Shown piece after piece: positions 31,442 through 39,294 of a DNA stretch of 64,000 nt. This stretch comes from Bacteroidota bacterium (GTDB lineage Bacteria > Bacteroidota > Bacteroidia > Flavobacteriales_D > Crocinitomicaceae): NCBI GenBank assembly GCA_041191025.1, contig JBEEPQ010000005.1:210204-274203 (forward strand), read 5' to 3'. Every line of letters begins with the position of its first letter. The stretch's first letter is position 1. The notes beneath the pieces were generated by a model. It was not told where the DNA came from and searched no databases. It worked only from the letters and a program-made list of their open reading frames with translations. A program made the position numbers and the translations under genes.

Positions 31442-32251
31442 TTAGATTGATTTATCTAAATTGGTAATAAGTTCAATTGTACCGTACGTTTTGTTACGTT
31501 TCAATACTAATTCACCTTTGATCACATTGAGTCGATAACGAATGTTTTCCAAGCCTAAACTATCCGAATCAGAAGATAAAAGTTGAAAATCACGTTGAGT
31601 TAAAGCAATTCCATTGTGTTTGATTTTTAACTTTAAGTATCCAGCATCAAATGTTAAAATCATTTCAATAGAACTTGGGTAACTGTGCTTTAATAAATTG
31701 GTAATCAGTTCGCTTGCTATGTAAAAATAATGTGTCATGATTAGATTGGAAATTACCAGGTCATCAGGTATATTAATATCAAATTTAAAGGAATCTATGA
31801 GGGAATCAGTTTTTTGTTTTGCCATTCTTTCAAGTGCTTTCACTAATCCGAATTTTAAGAGATAATGAGGTATTAAACCTTTTGTTATTTGACGTAAATG
31901 TTCAATACTTTGAGAAACATATTCTTTACTTAATGAAATTGAACTTATATCTATTTTCCCTGAAACTGCTTCATCCTCTAAATTTGAAAGATTCTTTTGA
32001 GCTAAAGACAAAAGCGCGCCAACATCGTCATGAAGCTGGCGCGCTATTTCACTTCGTTCTTTTTCCTGGGTAGTAATTGCTACTTCTAGTTTTTCAAGTT
32101 CCTTTTTCTCTTCGGTTTTTTTGATAAGTTTTTCGGAGAGTTCTTGTATTCGCTGGTTTTTTTTCACAAGCAATACTATACCCAAGCTCAATACAAAAGT
32201 GAAGAGCATACCAATTATTATAAAATATGCTAACTCTTGCGAACTGACCAT
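31442..32251 (-). CDS. HisKA_3-type sensor histidine kinase (one TM, coiled coil, kinase core)
   Basis: H-box ARQLHDDVGALLSLA and a C-terminal HATPase region (GLENIRYRLN...G). Confidence 0.85.
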   Translation of the reverse strand: MVSSQELAYFIIIGMLFTFVLSLGIVLLVKKNQRIQELSEKLIKKTEEKKELEKLEVAITTQEKERSEIARQLHDDVGALLSLAQKNLSNLEDEAVSGKIDISSISLSKEYVSQSIEHLRQITKGLIPHYLLKFGLVKALERMAKQKTDSLIDSFKFDINIPDDLVISNLIMTHYFYIASELITNLLKHSYPSSIEMILTFDAGYLKLKIKHNGIALTQRDFQLLSSDSDSLGLENIRYRLNVIKGELVLKRNKTYGTIELITNLDKSI

Positions 32252-32883
32252 ATCATGAAAGAAATGTAAATATTTAATCCAATTACATTTAAGAAGAAAA
32301 GAGGATATACGATTTGCATAATTTGATCATTTATTCGGATTTTATATTCGATTATCGAGTAAATGAATGAAATCGAATGGAACACAAACATAGACTTAGC
32401 AATTAAGCGGTCAAAGCTTAACATTTCTTCTTGTTTGAAGAGTAATGTCAACATTAAAATGGTTGAAAATAAATTGTAAAAAACATAAGAAATTCCATTA
32501 GATGTAAAAAAAGCATTAAAAACGATCAAATCAAAAAACAATAACGCTATCGGAATTAAATAAAATAGAACTCTAATCTTATTTTGATTATGGGATGTAA
32601 TCAAATAGTATGAAATAATCAATAAAAACTCAATTGTAACAGAAATGTTAAAAACAGGATAAACATTCAGATTAAAATTGAATTTTAAAATGTAAGATAG
32701 TATATCAGCCAAGAATCTAACTAAAAGCCAAGCAATAATTTGCAGATTAATTAATTTCGATTTAATCCTGAATATTATTGCTGCGCAAGTAGCTACGAAA
32801 CCGCTACCAAATAAAAGAATTAAATATGTATAAAACGTATTCAAGAATTTAAAGCATTTGAATTCCCACAAATTGTAGGACAA
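32230..32883 (-). CDS. Polytopic membrane protein (about 7 hydrophobic segments), possible detached sensor module
   Basis: No ATG start. TTG at 32883, or TTG at 32844 forming a TTGA overlap with the upstream stop. Overlaps the kinase start by 22 nt. Confidence 0.55.
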   Translation of the reverse strand: MSYNLWEFKCFKFLNTFYTYLILLFGSGFVATCAAIIFRIKSKLINLQIIAWLLVRFLADILSYILKFNFNLNVYPVFNISVTIEFLLIISYYLITSHNQNKIRVLFYLIPIALLFFDLIVFNAFFTSNGISYVFYNLFSTILMLTLLFKQEEMLSFDRLIAKSMFVFHSISFIYSIIEYKIRINDQIMQIVYPLFFLNVIGLNIYISFMIWSVRKS

Positions 32884-33155
32884 GGAAAACTCCTATCAGC
32901 GATCAATCCATCAACCATATCATTTTGATCTGCACTGGCCCCGACTAGAACCAATGTGTTTTCATTTCTTTCATTCTTTGCAAAATAGAATCTTATTCCT
33001 TTGCATTCACTTTGATCTAAAATTGCCTTGATCTTTTCTTTGCCCATAAAGACACCAATCACCTCACCTGGTTGGATAGTATCTCTGTAGCGTTTTGTCA
33101 TTTCTGACCCTTCTCTTAGTGTGATAAAATCACCTTCATTTCCATTAAAAGACAT
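32841..33155 (-). CDS. Small cytoplasmic-looking protein with C-terminal CPxxCG motif
   Basis: ATG at 33155 (MSFNGNEGDFITL...). Ends ...DRSFPCPTICGNSNALNS. No signal peptide. Confidence 0.55.
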   Translation of the reverse strand: MSFNGNEGDFITLREGSEMTKRYRDTIQPGEVIGVFMGKEKIKAILDQSECKGIRFYFAKNERNENTLVLVGASADQNDMVDGLIADRSFPCPTICGNSNALNS

Positions 33156-33454
33156 AATATAAATTTTAAAGTTAGACGACAAAATTAGAATTCTTTTTCG
33201 GGGCAAAATTGATGATCTTAAATCATTTTCTGTCCAAAATAGAAAAAATAGAATGATTTCTAGTTTTGATAGAATGTGTTCTTAATCTGATTGTCGTGGC
33301 TTGGAAAATTCGTGGTAAAAAGTTTGGTTTGCATAGTTACAATAGACTCAACGGAAGAAAATCAATGAGTTTAGAAAAAACGTAAACATAACTGATGAAC
33401 CAATTATTTTAAGGGAATAACTTTTAACAACTTTCTCAACTAAAATTTATAGAA

Positions 33455-36001
33455 ATGAAAAAATTCTGTCAAACTACCAGTCTATTTTTTATATTATTTT
33501 CCATGTTCACAATTTCAAAATCAATAGCACAAAATAATTTTGCCGGAGATTATATTGTAGTTCGATTAAATCATAAATTGCTAGATTTTGGTAAAATAGA
33601 TAATCCAAATTTTGATAACCAGAACTTTATTAGTTATTTAAACGAACAGGGTAAACTGGAAATTGAAAAATCAATTGATTCAATAATAGACTTGAGATCT
33701 CTAAAACTGAAAAAAATATTTCCTAATCTTAAAACCAAGGACTCAATTTCGATATCAAGATTGGGCAACCAAGTTTCTATACCGCCATTTTGGGCAACTT
33801 TTAAAATTGAAGTACCTAAAAGCATTAATTATTGGTTTTTTTTCAGTTATTTGAAAACTAAATATCCTTTTGTAATTTATGTGGATCCGCCAATGGAGTT
33901 GTTTTTTGAAGACATACCTAACGATTCATTATTCCATTATCAGGAATCTTTATATGATTTTTCTAGTCCAAATATTGGTATTAACTTGGATAGTAATGCA
34001 TGGAATATTGAAACCGGAAAAAGGTTTATTAAAGTTGGGGTTTTTGATTCTGGCATTGACTCAAGTCATGAGGATTTACAGGTACTTACAGGGCACGCAT
34101 ATTACGATGATTTTGTCATAGATTCTTTAGGAAATGGCTATTACTCTTTTGGACAAGATTTGAAAGGGCATGGGACGCTGGTTGCTGGAATAATTGGTGC
34201 TAAAAGAAATAATCACATTGGTATTGCTGGGATAGCAGGAGGAAATGGCATTGATACAACTGGAGTAAGTCTTCTTGATTTTAGCTTAGGAATAACTGCT
34301 GGAGGAACGCCAGAGAATTTTTCTCAAGCTATTATTGATGCAGCGCGTTCCGTTGGTTCATATTACAATTGGAATTTTAGTCCGAATCCAGGCTTAGTTC
34401 CTAATACCAATCCATATTGGAATCATACATCCGGATATGGTATCCATATTGGAAATCACAGCTATAGTTATAAGGTTTATACTTCTCCGAGATTTATCCC
34501 AACATGGGAAAATTTACCAGGAGACACTCTCACTTGGGAGCCAATTTTGGAAACACCCTTTTGTAATTTATGTCGGGAATCTTTTTTGTTTTCATTACAA
34601 AACGGTGTTGTCAATGTAGTTTCCCGAGGAAATAATTTGGATATGGATCCAACATTAGATCAATCTATGCCTAATAATAGATACCCACAGAAATTCGATG
34701 ACTCTTGGATCATCACTGTTGGTGCATCAGGTACGGATGGAAAAAGATTGGTTGCTCCATTTAACACTGATGTTGGGGAAAATTATAAATCACCCATCGG
34801 ACTAAATTTAGATATTATCGCACCGGGTTCTAGATCAAATGTGGTATCAACGCGAAGCTCCAATTTACCATACACAAATATTTATGGTTACTATAGAGTT
34901 TTTAATGGCACCTCTGCATCTGCTCCCCACGCTTCTGGTGTGGCGGCTTTATTACTGAGTCATTACAATAAGCCATGTTATTCAAATATTAATTTGGATC
35001 CATCCGATGTTGAATATATTTTACAAAAGTCAGCAACTGATGCGAATCCTTATGTTTCGGAAGAATATGATGACTCAACCGGATTTGGTAGGCTCAATGC
35101 ACTTGAAGCGTTGAAAATGATCGATTTCCCAACCTTTCAAATTGTACACCCAAATGAACCCAGTACTTCTATTCATCTTGTAGAAATTGATACCATCTCA
35201 TTGCATTTGAATAAGCCTTTAAATTCATTATATGGTGGCCCATTAGGATCTCAATTTCCATTGGAATTACAGAAAGATTATCAAGTTGAACGAAGAAAAT
35301 ATGTACTAGAATACGATATTACCCCTTATATCCTACCGAGTACTGAATTACTTGATACATGGATTAGACATAGTGAAACAAATTCTTTAGGATTTATCAC
35401 AGATACAGTCGGAAGTTTAGAACTAATAGGTCTAACCGGTCAATACCATTGGATGCCACGTCCGGACACTTTCAGAATAGAGCCGTATTGCTTTATTGAC
35501 ACAATAATTAACAACTCTACTATTTTATTAAGTGGATATTATTATCATTTTATTAAAAAACATATCGGACAAATTGAAGATAATGAATTTTCTTCTTTTG
35601 ATGTAGATTATTGGTATCCAATTGACCCAAATATAGATACCTTACATATGGCTTTTAGCCTCTATATAAAGGATACAACGATAGATCGTTATGATTTTCC
35701 GTGTTACGCAGAAAACCCGCCTTTAGACACTTTACTTAACGCAAACGAAATAATTACACCTGATTTTAAAATATTTCCAAATCCTTCAAAGGGAGAAATA
35801 AATATTATATTTGAGAATCAACATGAAGAAGGGGTCATAGAAGTTTTTAATATTTCCGGACAATTATTATTTTCGGAAAATATACAACCCGGAAACAAAA
35901 TAAAGTCATTATACGCAACAAATATATCACCAGGCGTTTATCTTGTTAAATTTTCAGGACAGGATTCAAAAAGCATAACAAAAAAATGGATGAAATTATG
36001 A
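33455..36001 (+). CDS. S8 (subtilisin-like) serine peptidase with T9SS type A C-terminal domain
   Basis: Catalytic triad contexts VGVFDSGID, GHGTLVAGIIG, GTSASAPHASG. C-terminus FPNPSKGEINI...GVYLVKF. Confidence 0.9.
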   Translation: MKKFCQTTSLFFILFSMFTISKSIAQNNFAGDYIVVRLNHKLLDFGKIDNPNFDNQNFISYLNEQGKLEIEKSIDSIIDLRSLKLKKIFPNLKTKDSISISRLGNQVSIPPFWATFKIEVPKSINYWFFFSYLKTKYPFVIYVDPPMELFFEDIPNDSLFHYQESLYDFSSPNIGINLDSNAWNIETGKRFIKVGVFDSGIDSSHEDLQVLTGHAYYDDFVIDSLGNGYYSFGQDLKGHGTLVAGIIGAKRNNHIGIAGIAGGNGIDTTGVSLLDFSLGITAGGTPENFSQAIIDAARSVGSYYNWNFSPNPGLVPNTNPYWNHTSGYGIHIGNHSYSYKVYTSPRFIPTWENLPGDTLTWEPILETPFCNLCRESFLFSLQNGVVNVVSRGNNLDMDPTLDQSMPNNRYPQKFDDSWIITVGASGTDGKRLVAPFNTDVGENYKSPIGLNLDIIAPGSRSNVVSTRSSNLPYTNIYGYYRVFNGTSASAPHASGVAALLLSHYNKPCYSNINLDPSDVEYILQKSATDANPYVSEEYDDSTGFGRLNALEALKMIDFPTFQIVHPNEPSTSIHLVEIDTISLHLNKPLNSLYGGPLGSQFPLELQKDYQVERRKYVLEYDITPYILPSTELLDTWIRHSETNSLGFITDTVGSLELIGLTGQYHWMPRPDTFRIEPYCFIDTIINNSTILLSGYYYHFIKKHIGQIEDNEFSSFDVDYWYPIDPNIDTLHMAFSLYIKDTTIDRYDFPCYAENPPLDTLLNANEIITPDFKIFPNPSKGEINIIFENQHEEGVIEVFNISGQLLFSENIQPGNKIKSLYATNISPGVYLVKFSGQDSKSITKKWMKL

Positions 36002-37248
36002 AAAATGTTATTCTAAACTTCACATTATTTATTTATAATTTCTTAATAGCACAAAGTTGGCATACCTTTCACACCAATGTATTTCACCCCTATTCTAATT
36101 GGACTTCTCACGGTTTTCCACACAAACAATTCAAGATTAATCCTTATGACAACTCCATCTGGTTTGCACATCAAACAAAAATATTTCGCTTGACAAGCGA
36201 TGGTCAATTTACTGATTTTAATGCGAGCAACGAACCTATTTTACAAGGTTATTATGCGTTTGAAGACATCACATTTACACCTACTAGAACGGTACTAGTT
36301 GATCGTTATTTCGGTTTAGTCAATTACGATGGCACCAACTGGAGCACCATTCCAGATGGTGTAGATGGCGTTCAATTATCTTCAGATGACGATACGATAT
36401 GGTGTGCAAGAATTAATGAATACTTCTTGGTAATTCATCCGCAAGGCTCACAGTTTGGTAATGTAAATTATTTAAGAAGAATCGAATCCAAAAACGGCAA
36501 CCATTGGGCAACGGATGGCATCGAACAAGGCGCCTTGTTTCATTTTCAAAATGGATTATCAACCATGTACAACGCAGATACCATTCCCTTTATGCTGGAT
36601 AACCAGACCCATCACTTGAAATTTTCTAAATACACAGACACCCTTTATAAATCGGGAAACCTTGGCATTTCTTTGGCAGTGGGTAATTCATTCGTTGATA
36701 CGATAACGCCACATAACTCAATCAACATGCCCGCAGATCTCATTATTAAAGAGTTTGAAATAGACCAAAACCATAATATCTGGGCGGTTTTTGGCGAATT
36801 CGGCATTTTGAATCCACCGAAAAAAATCGGTTTTCTAAATCGCAGCCTCAAAACCTGGACAATTTATGATGATCAGAATACACCGATTGTATTTACTGAT
36901 GGTGTTGGGATAGAACTAGATACCTTGGGGAATTTATGGGTAGTGAATAAACAATTACTCCATGTTTTCACAACCGGAATTGAACCTGCTTGGTTAGGAA
37001 CTTCTGAATTGGCTAACGATAATTCCTCAATTGTAATATATCCAAACCCAACAAAAAATGAATTACATATTCAAAACAATGGGTTGAACGTCGAATTAAT
37101 TGAAATACTTGACATCAACGGTAAAGTATTAATGAGTTTAACTTCTTTAGAAAATATTTCATTAGAAAATTTAGATGCCGGAATGTATTTTGTTCAAGTC
37201 AAATTCAATAAAGACAATTTGGTGCAACAAAAGCTAATTAAGGAATAA
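35998..37248 (+). CDS. Beta-propeller-like secreted protein with T9SS type A C-terminal domain
   Basis: ATGA overlap with the S8 stop. C-terminus IYPNPTKNELHIQN...GMYFVQVKF. The body resembles two-component-regulator-propeller repeats (weak). Confidence 0.6.
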   Translation: MKNVILNFTLFIYNFLIAQSWHTFHTNVFHPYSNWTSHGFPHKQFKINPYDNSIWFAHQTKIFRLTSDGQFTDFNASNEPILQGYYAFEDITFTPTRTVLVDRYFGLVNYDGTNWSTIPDGVDGVQLSSDDDTIWCARINEYFLVIHPQGSQFGNVNYLRRIESKNGNHWATDGIEQGALFHFQNGLSTMYNADTIPFMLDNQTHHLKFSKYTDTLYKSGNLGISLAVGNSFVDTITPHNSINMPADLIIKEFEIDQNHNIWAVFGEFGILNPPKKIGFLNRSLKTWTIYDDQNTPIVFTDGVGIELDTLGNLWVVNKQLLHVFTTGIEPAWLGTSELANDNSSIVIYPNPTKNELHIQNNGLNVELIEILDINGKVLMSLTSLENISLENLDAGMYFVQVKFNKDNLVQQKLIKE

Positions 37249-37460
37249 TGATTTTAAGATTAAATTAATTATTCACTCTCCGTTGGCGAAAACACATCTA
37301 AAAATCTCCTAAGCGTTTTAATTTCTTGGCTGCTAGAATGTCTTTAAATCATGTTCGCTCAAATCCAATTACTTCATGTGATTCCAGGTCTTTCAGCTAG
37401 TAGTTAAAGTAAGGGAAATGGCGGACCCGTAATCCTTGGGTGGTATTTCGCCTCAAAACT

Positions 37461-37491
37461 ATTCAGTTACCTTGGATATGCGATCCGAGGT
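37461..37491. repeat. Right copy of the imperfect 31-nt direct repeat
   Basis: ATTCAGTTACCTTGGATATGCGATCCGAGGT, followed by a 9-nt tandem duplication TCTTGTAAT x2. Confidence 0.7.
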
Positions 37492-37693
37492 CTTGTAATT
37501 CTTGTAATTGATACGTGTTAATTAGTGGGATTATGCGCCAATGCGCATGAACCCTTAAGGTGGTCTTGTAGGTTCACAGTATTTACAAAAAGATCGTGAA
37601 CAATATGAAATTTCGCTTCAAGTATTTCAATAAACTGATTTGGTTAATATTTGTAACTAGTTTATATTTGTATCTAATTATTTTAAAATTATC

Positions 37694-38275
37694 ATGGCAA
37701 AAAATACATTTAGTACAACTAACTCATTAAGAACAATTGAAGCCGCAATTATTGAAGCTAAAAGCTCAAAAACAGGCGCATCATTTTACTACGTTCTTTG
37801 GGGTTTGATTCTTTCTATTTATTTCATTATTCATTTCTTAATTATTATTAACTCCGATCTCAGAGGAACTATAATTGACACATTTAATTGGGTACTATTT
37901 CCAATTGGAGGGTTTTTATCATATTTAAATAAAAGTAAAGACCAAAAGAAAGAGACCAATGTTCCCCAACTTGAGAAAGTATATTTATTTGCATTCACTG
38001 GATTTGCATTTATGTATGCAATTCTCACTTTTGCTTCAACCTATTTATCTTCATCAATAGCAATTATGTTGTTTCCATTAATTATCGGTTCAACTATTTA
38101 TGTTGTAGGGGGAATTTCTAAACATAAGATTTCAATATTTTGTGGGATTTTTAGTATGTTATTAACAGTTGTAAGTGTTTTGTCAAAACTCGAAATACAA
38201 TTCTTAATTGCTTCAATAGCTTGTATTTCGTCATGTATCATTCCGGGTATCACAATGAGAAAAAGTAATGTTTAA
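37694..38275 (+). CDS. Hypothetical polytopic membrane protein
   Basis: Five to six hydrophobic segments. Overlaps the downstream wHTH gene by 8 nt. Confidence 0.55.
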   Translation: MAKNTFSTTNSLRTIEAAIIEAKSSKTGASFYYVLWGLILSIYFIIHFLIIINSDLRGTIIDTFNWVLFPIGGFLSYLNKSKDQKKETNVPQLEKVYLFAFTGFAFMYAILTFASTYLSSSIAIMLFPLIIGSTIYVVGGISKHKISIFCGIFSMLLTVVSVLSKLEIQFLIASIACISSCIIPGITMRKSNV

Positions 38276-38552
38276 CGAACTCGATCCTTTACTACATTCT
38301 CAATTAAGATTAGCTGTAATATCCTTACTTATCGGATTAGAAGAAGCAGAGTTTGTTTATTTGAAAGAAAAAACAAAAGCTAGTGCAGGAAATTTGAGCC
38401 TCCAGATTGATAAACTTTGTTTAGCTGGATACATCAGTGTGAAAAAAGGTTTTAAGGGAAAGTACCCTGTAACTATCTGTAAAATAACTCCCAAAGGATT
38501 GAAAGCTTTTGAAGATTATGTTGCTACAATTAAAACCTATATCAAAATTTGA
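38268..38552 (+). CDS. Winged-helix transcriptional regulator (HTH_34-like)
   Basis: LDPLLHSQLRLAVISLL...FVYLKEKT.ASAGNLS.QIDKL..AGYI pattern. Confidence 0.7.
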   Translation: MFNELDPLLHSQLRLAVISLLIGLEEAEFVYLKEKTKASAGNLSLQIDKLCLAGYISVKKGFKGKYPVTICKITPKGLKAFEDYVATIKTYIKI

Positions 38553-39056
38553 CCAGCCTTATCTTTCATAACAACCTTTCTTTTTTTGCTTTTTTTCCGT
38601 TGTCAAAGCGAGCTTTACCAAGGTGCTAAAAGCATGTTAGATTTCACATGTTAATGGAGTACTCGCTTCGCTCGTGAACCCTTATGGGGTATGCTTCAAA
38701 ACAAATTAAAAGCAAACTTGCTCCTATGTCGCAACCTTTCTTTTTTTGCTTTTTTTCCGTTGTCAAAGCGAGCTTTACCAAGGTGCTAAAAGCATGTTAG
38801 ATTTCACATGTTAATGGAGTACTCGCTTCGCTCGTGAACCCTTAAGTGAGATGCTTCAAAACAAATTAAAAGCAAGCTTGCTCCTAAGTCGCAATCTTTC
38901 TTTTTTGCTTTTTTTCCGTTGTCAAAGCAAGCTTTACCAAGGTGCTAAAAGAATGATAGATTTCGTAAGTTAAGGGAGTACTCGCTTCGCTCGTGAACCC
39001 TTATGGGAGATGCTTCAAAACAAATTAAAAGCAACGATGCAAGCATCCTTATCTTT
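38553..39056. repeat. Three tandem copies of a 160-bp non-coding unit
   Basis: Unit starts at 38572, 38732 and 38892. Units 1 and 2 are nearly identical and unit 3 is diverged. No conserved reading frame across units. Confidence 0.9.
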
Positions 39057-39103
39057 TTTTATTACCATTTTGCTCACCATTGCAAGCAATGATCGCTACT
39101 GGT

Positions 39104-39132
39104 AATAAAAAAAGCCAGCCTTTCGGCTAGCT
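39104..39132 (-). terminator. Rho-independent terminator of tRNA-Ser (usable in both directions)
   Basis: Minus strand reads AGCTAGCC-GAAA-GGCTGGCT followed by T7. The plus strand also ends in a T-rich run. Confidence 0.8.
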
Positions 39133-39144
39133 TTTAATTTGTTT

Positions 39145-39232
39145 TGGCGGAGAGTGAGGGATTCGAACCCCCGGAACCTCGCGGTTCAACGGTTTTCAAG
39201 ACCGCCGCAATCGACCACTCTGCCAACTCTCC
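39145..39232 (-). tRNA. tRNA-Ser (anticodon UGA), CCA encoded
   Basis: Reverse complement reads GGAGAGTTGGCAGAGTGG...CTTGAAA...long variable arm...GGTTCGAATCCCTCACTCTCCGCCA. Confidence 0.95.
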
Positions 39233-39236
39233 GCGG

Positions 39237-39244
39237 CAAAAGTA
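39237..39244 (-). promoter_or_regulatory. Candidate Bacteroidota -7 box (TACTTTTG) for tRNA-Ser
   Basis: Matches TAnnTTTG, 4 nt upstream of the mature 5' end. Confidence 0.35.
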
Positions 39245-39294
39245 GTGATTGTTCGCATAATTACAAGTTTTATGGTAATAAAATTTTAATATTT

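Larger units (their letters stand above)
27308..39132. other. AT-rich accessory block abutting tRNA-Ser; no integrase seen
   Basis: Clear drop in G+C relative to both flanks. All genes are lineage-specific or hypothetical, plus a two-component system and proteases. The right edge is the tRNA-Ser 3' flank. Confidence 0.55.

Noticed and set aside
32230-32260. Membrane ORF and kinase as one gene split by a frameshift
   Set aside because: No homopolymer or obvious slippery site is present at the junction, and the kinase has its own ATG and TM helix. I cannot exclude the split without homologue alignment, so they are kept as two genes and the alternative is flagged in the findings.
37605-37730. 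41-aa hydrophobic ORF (MKFRFKYFNKLIWLIFVTSLYLYLIILK...) upstream of and overlapping the 37694 gene
   Set aside because: It is short and AT-driven, overlaps the better-supported ORF in another frame, and has no independent support.
38553-39056. Possible CRISPR array at the 160-bp repeats
   Set aside because: The units are contiguous with no unique spacers. The period (160 nt) and unit length do not fit CRISPR, and no cas genes are in the window.
27308-39132. Calling the AT-rich block a mobile element (ICE, prophage or transposon)
   Set aside because: No integrase, transposase, relaxase, phage or conjugation genes were recognisable in any frame. Only composition, the tRNA adjacency and one imperfect direct repeat support mobility, so it is reported as an accessory block only.
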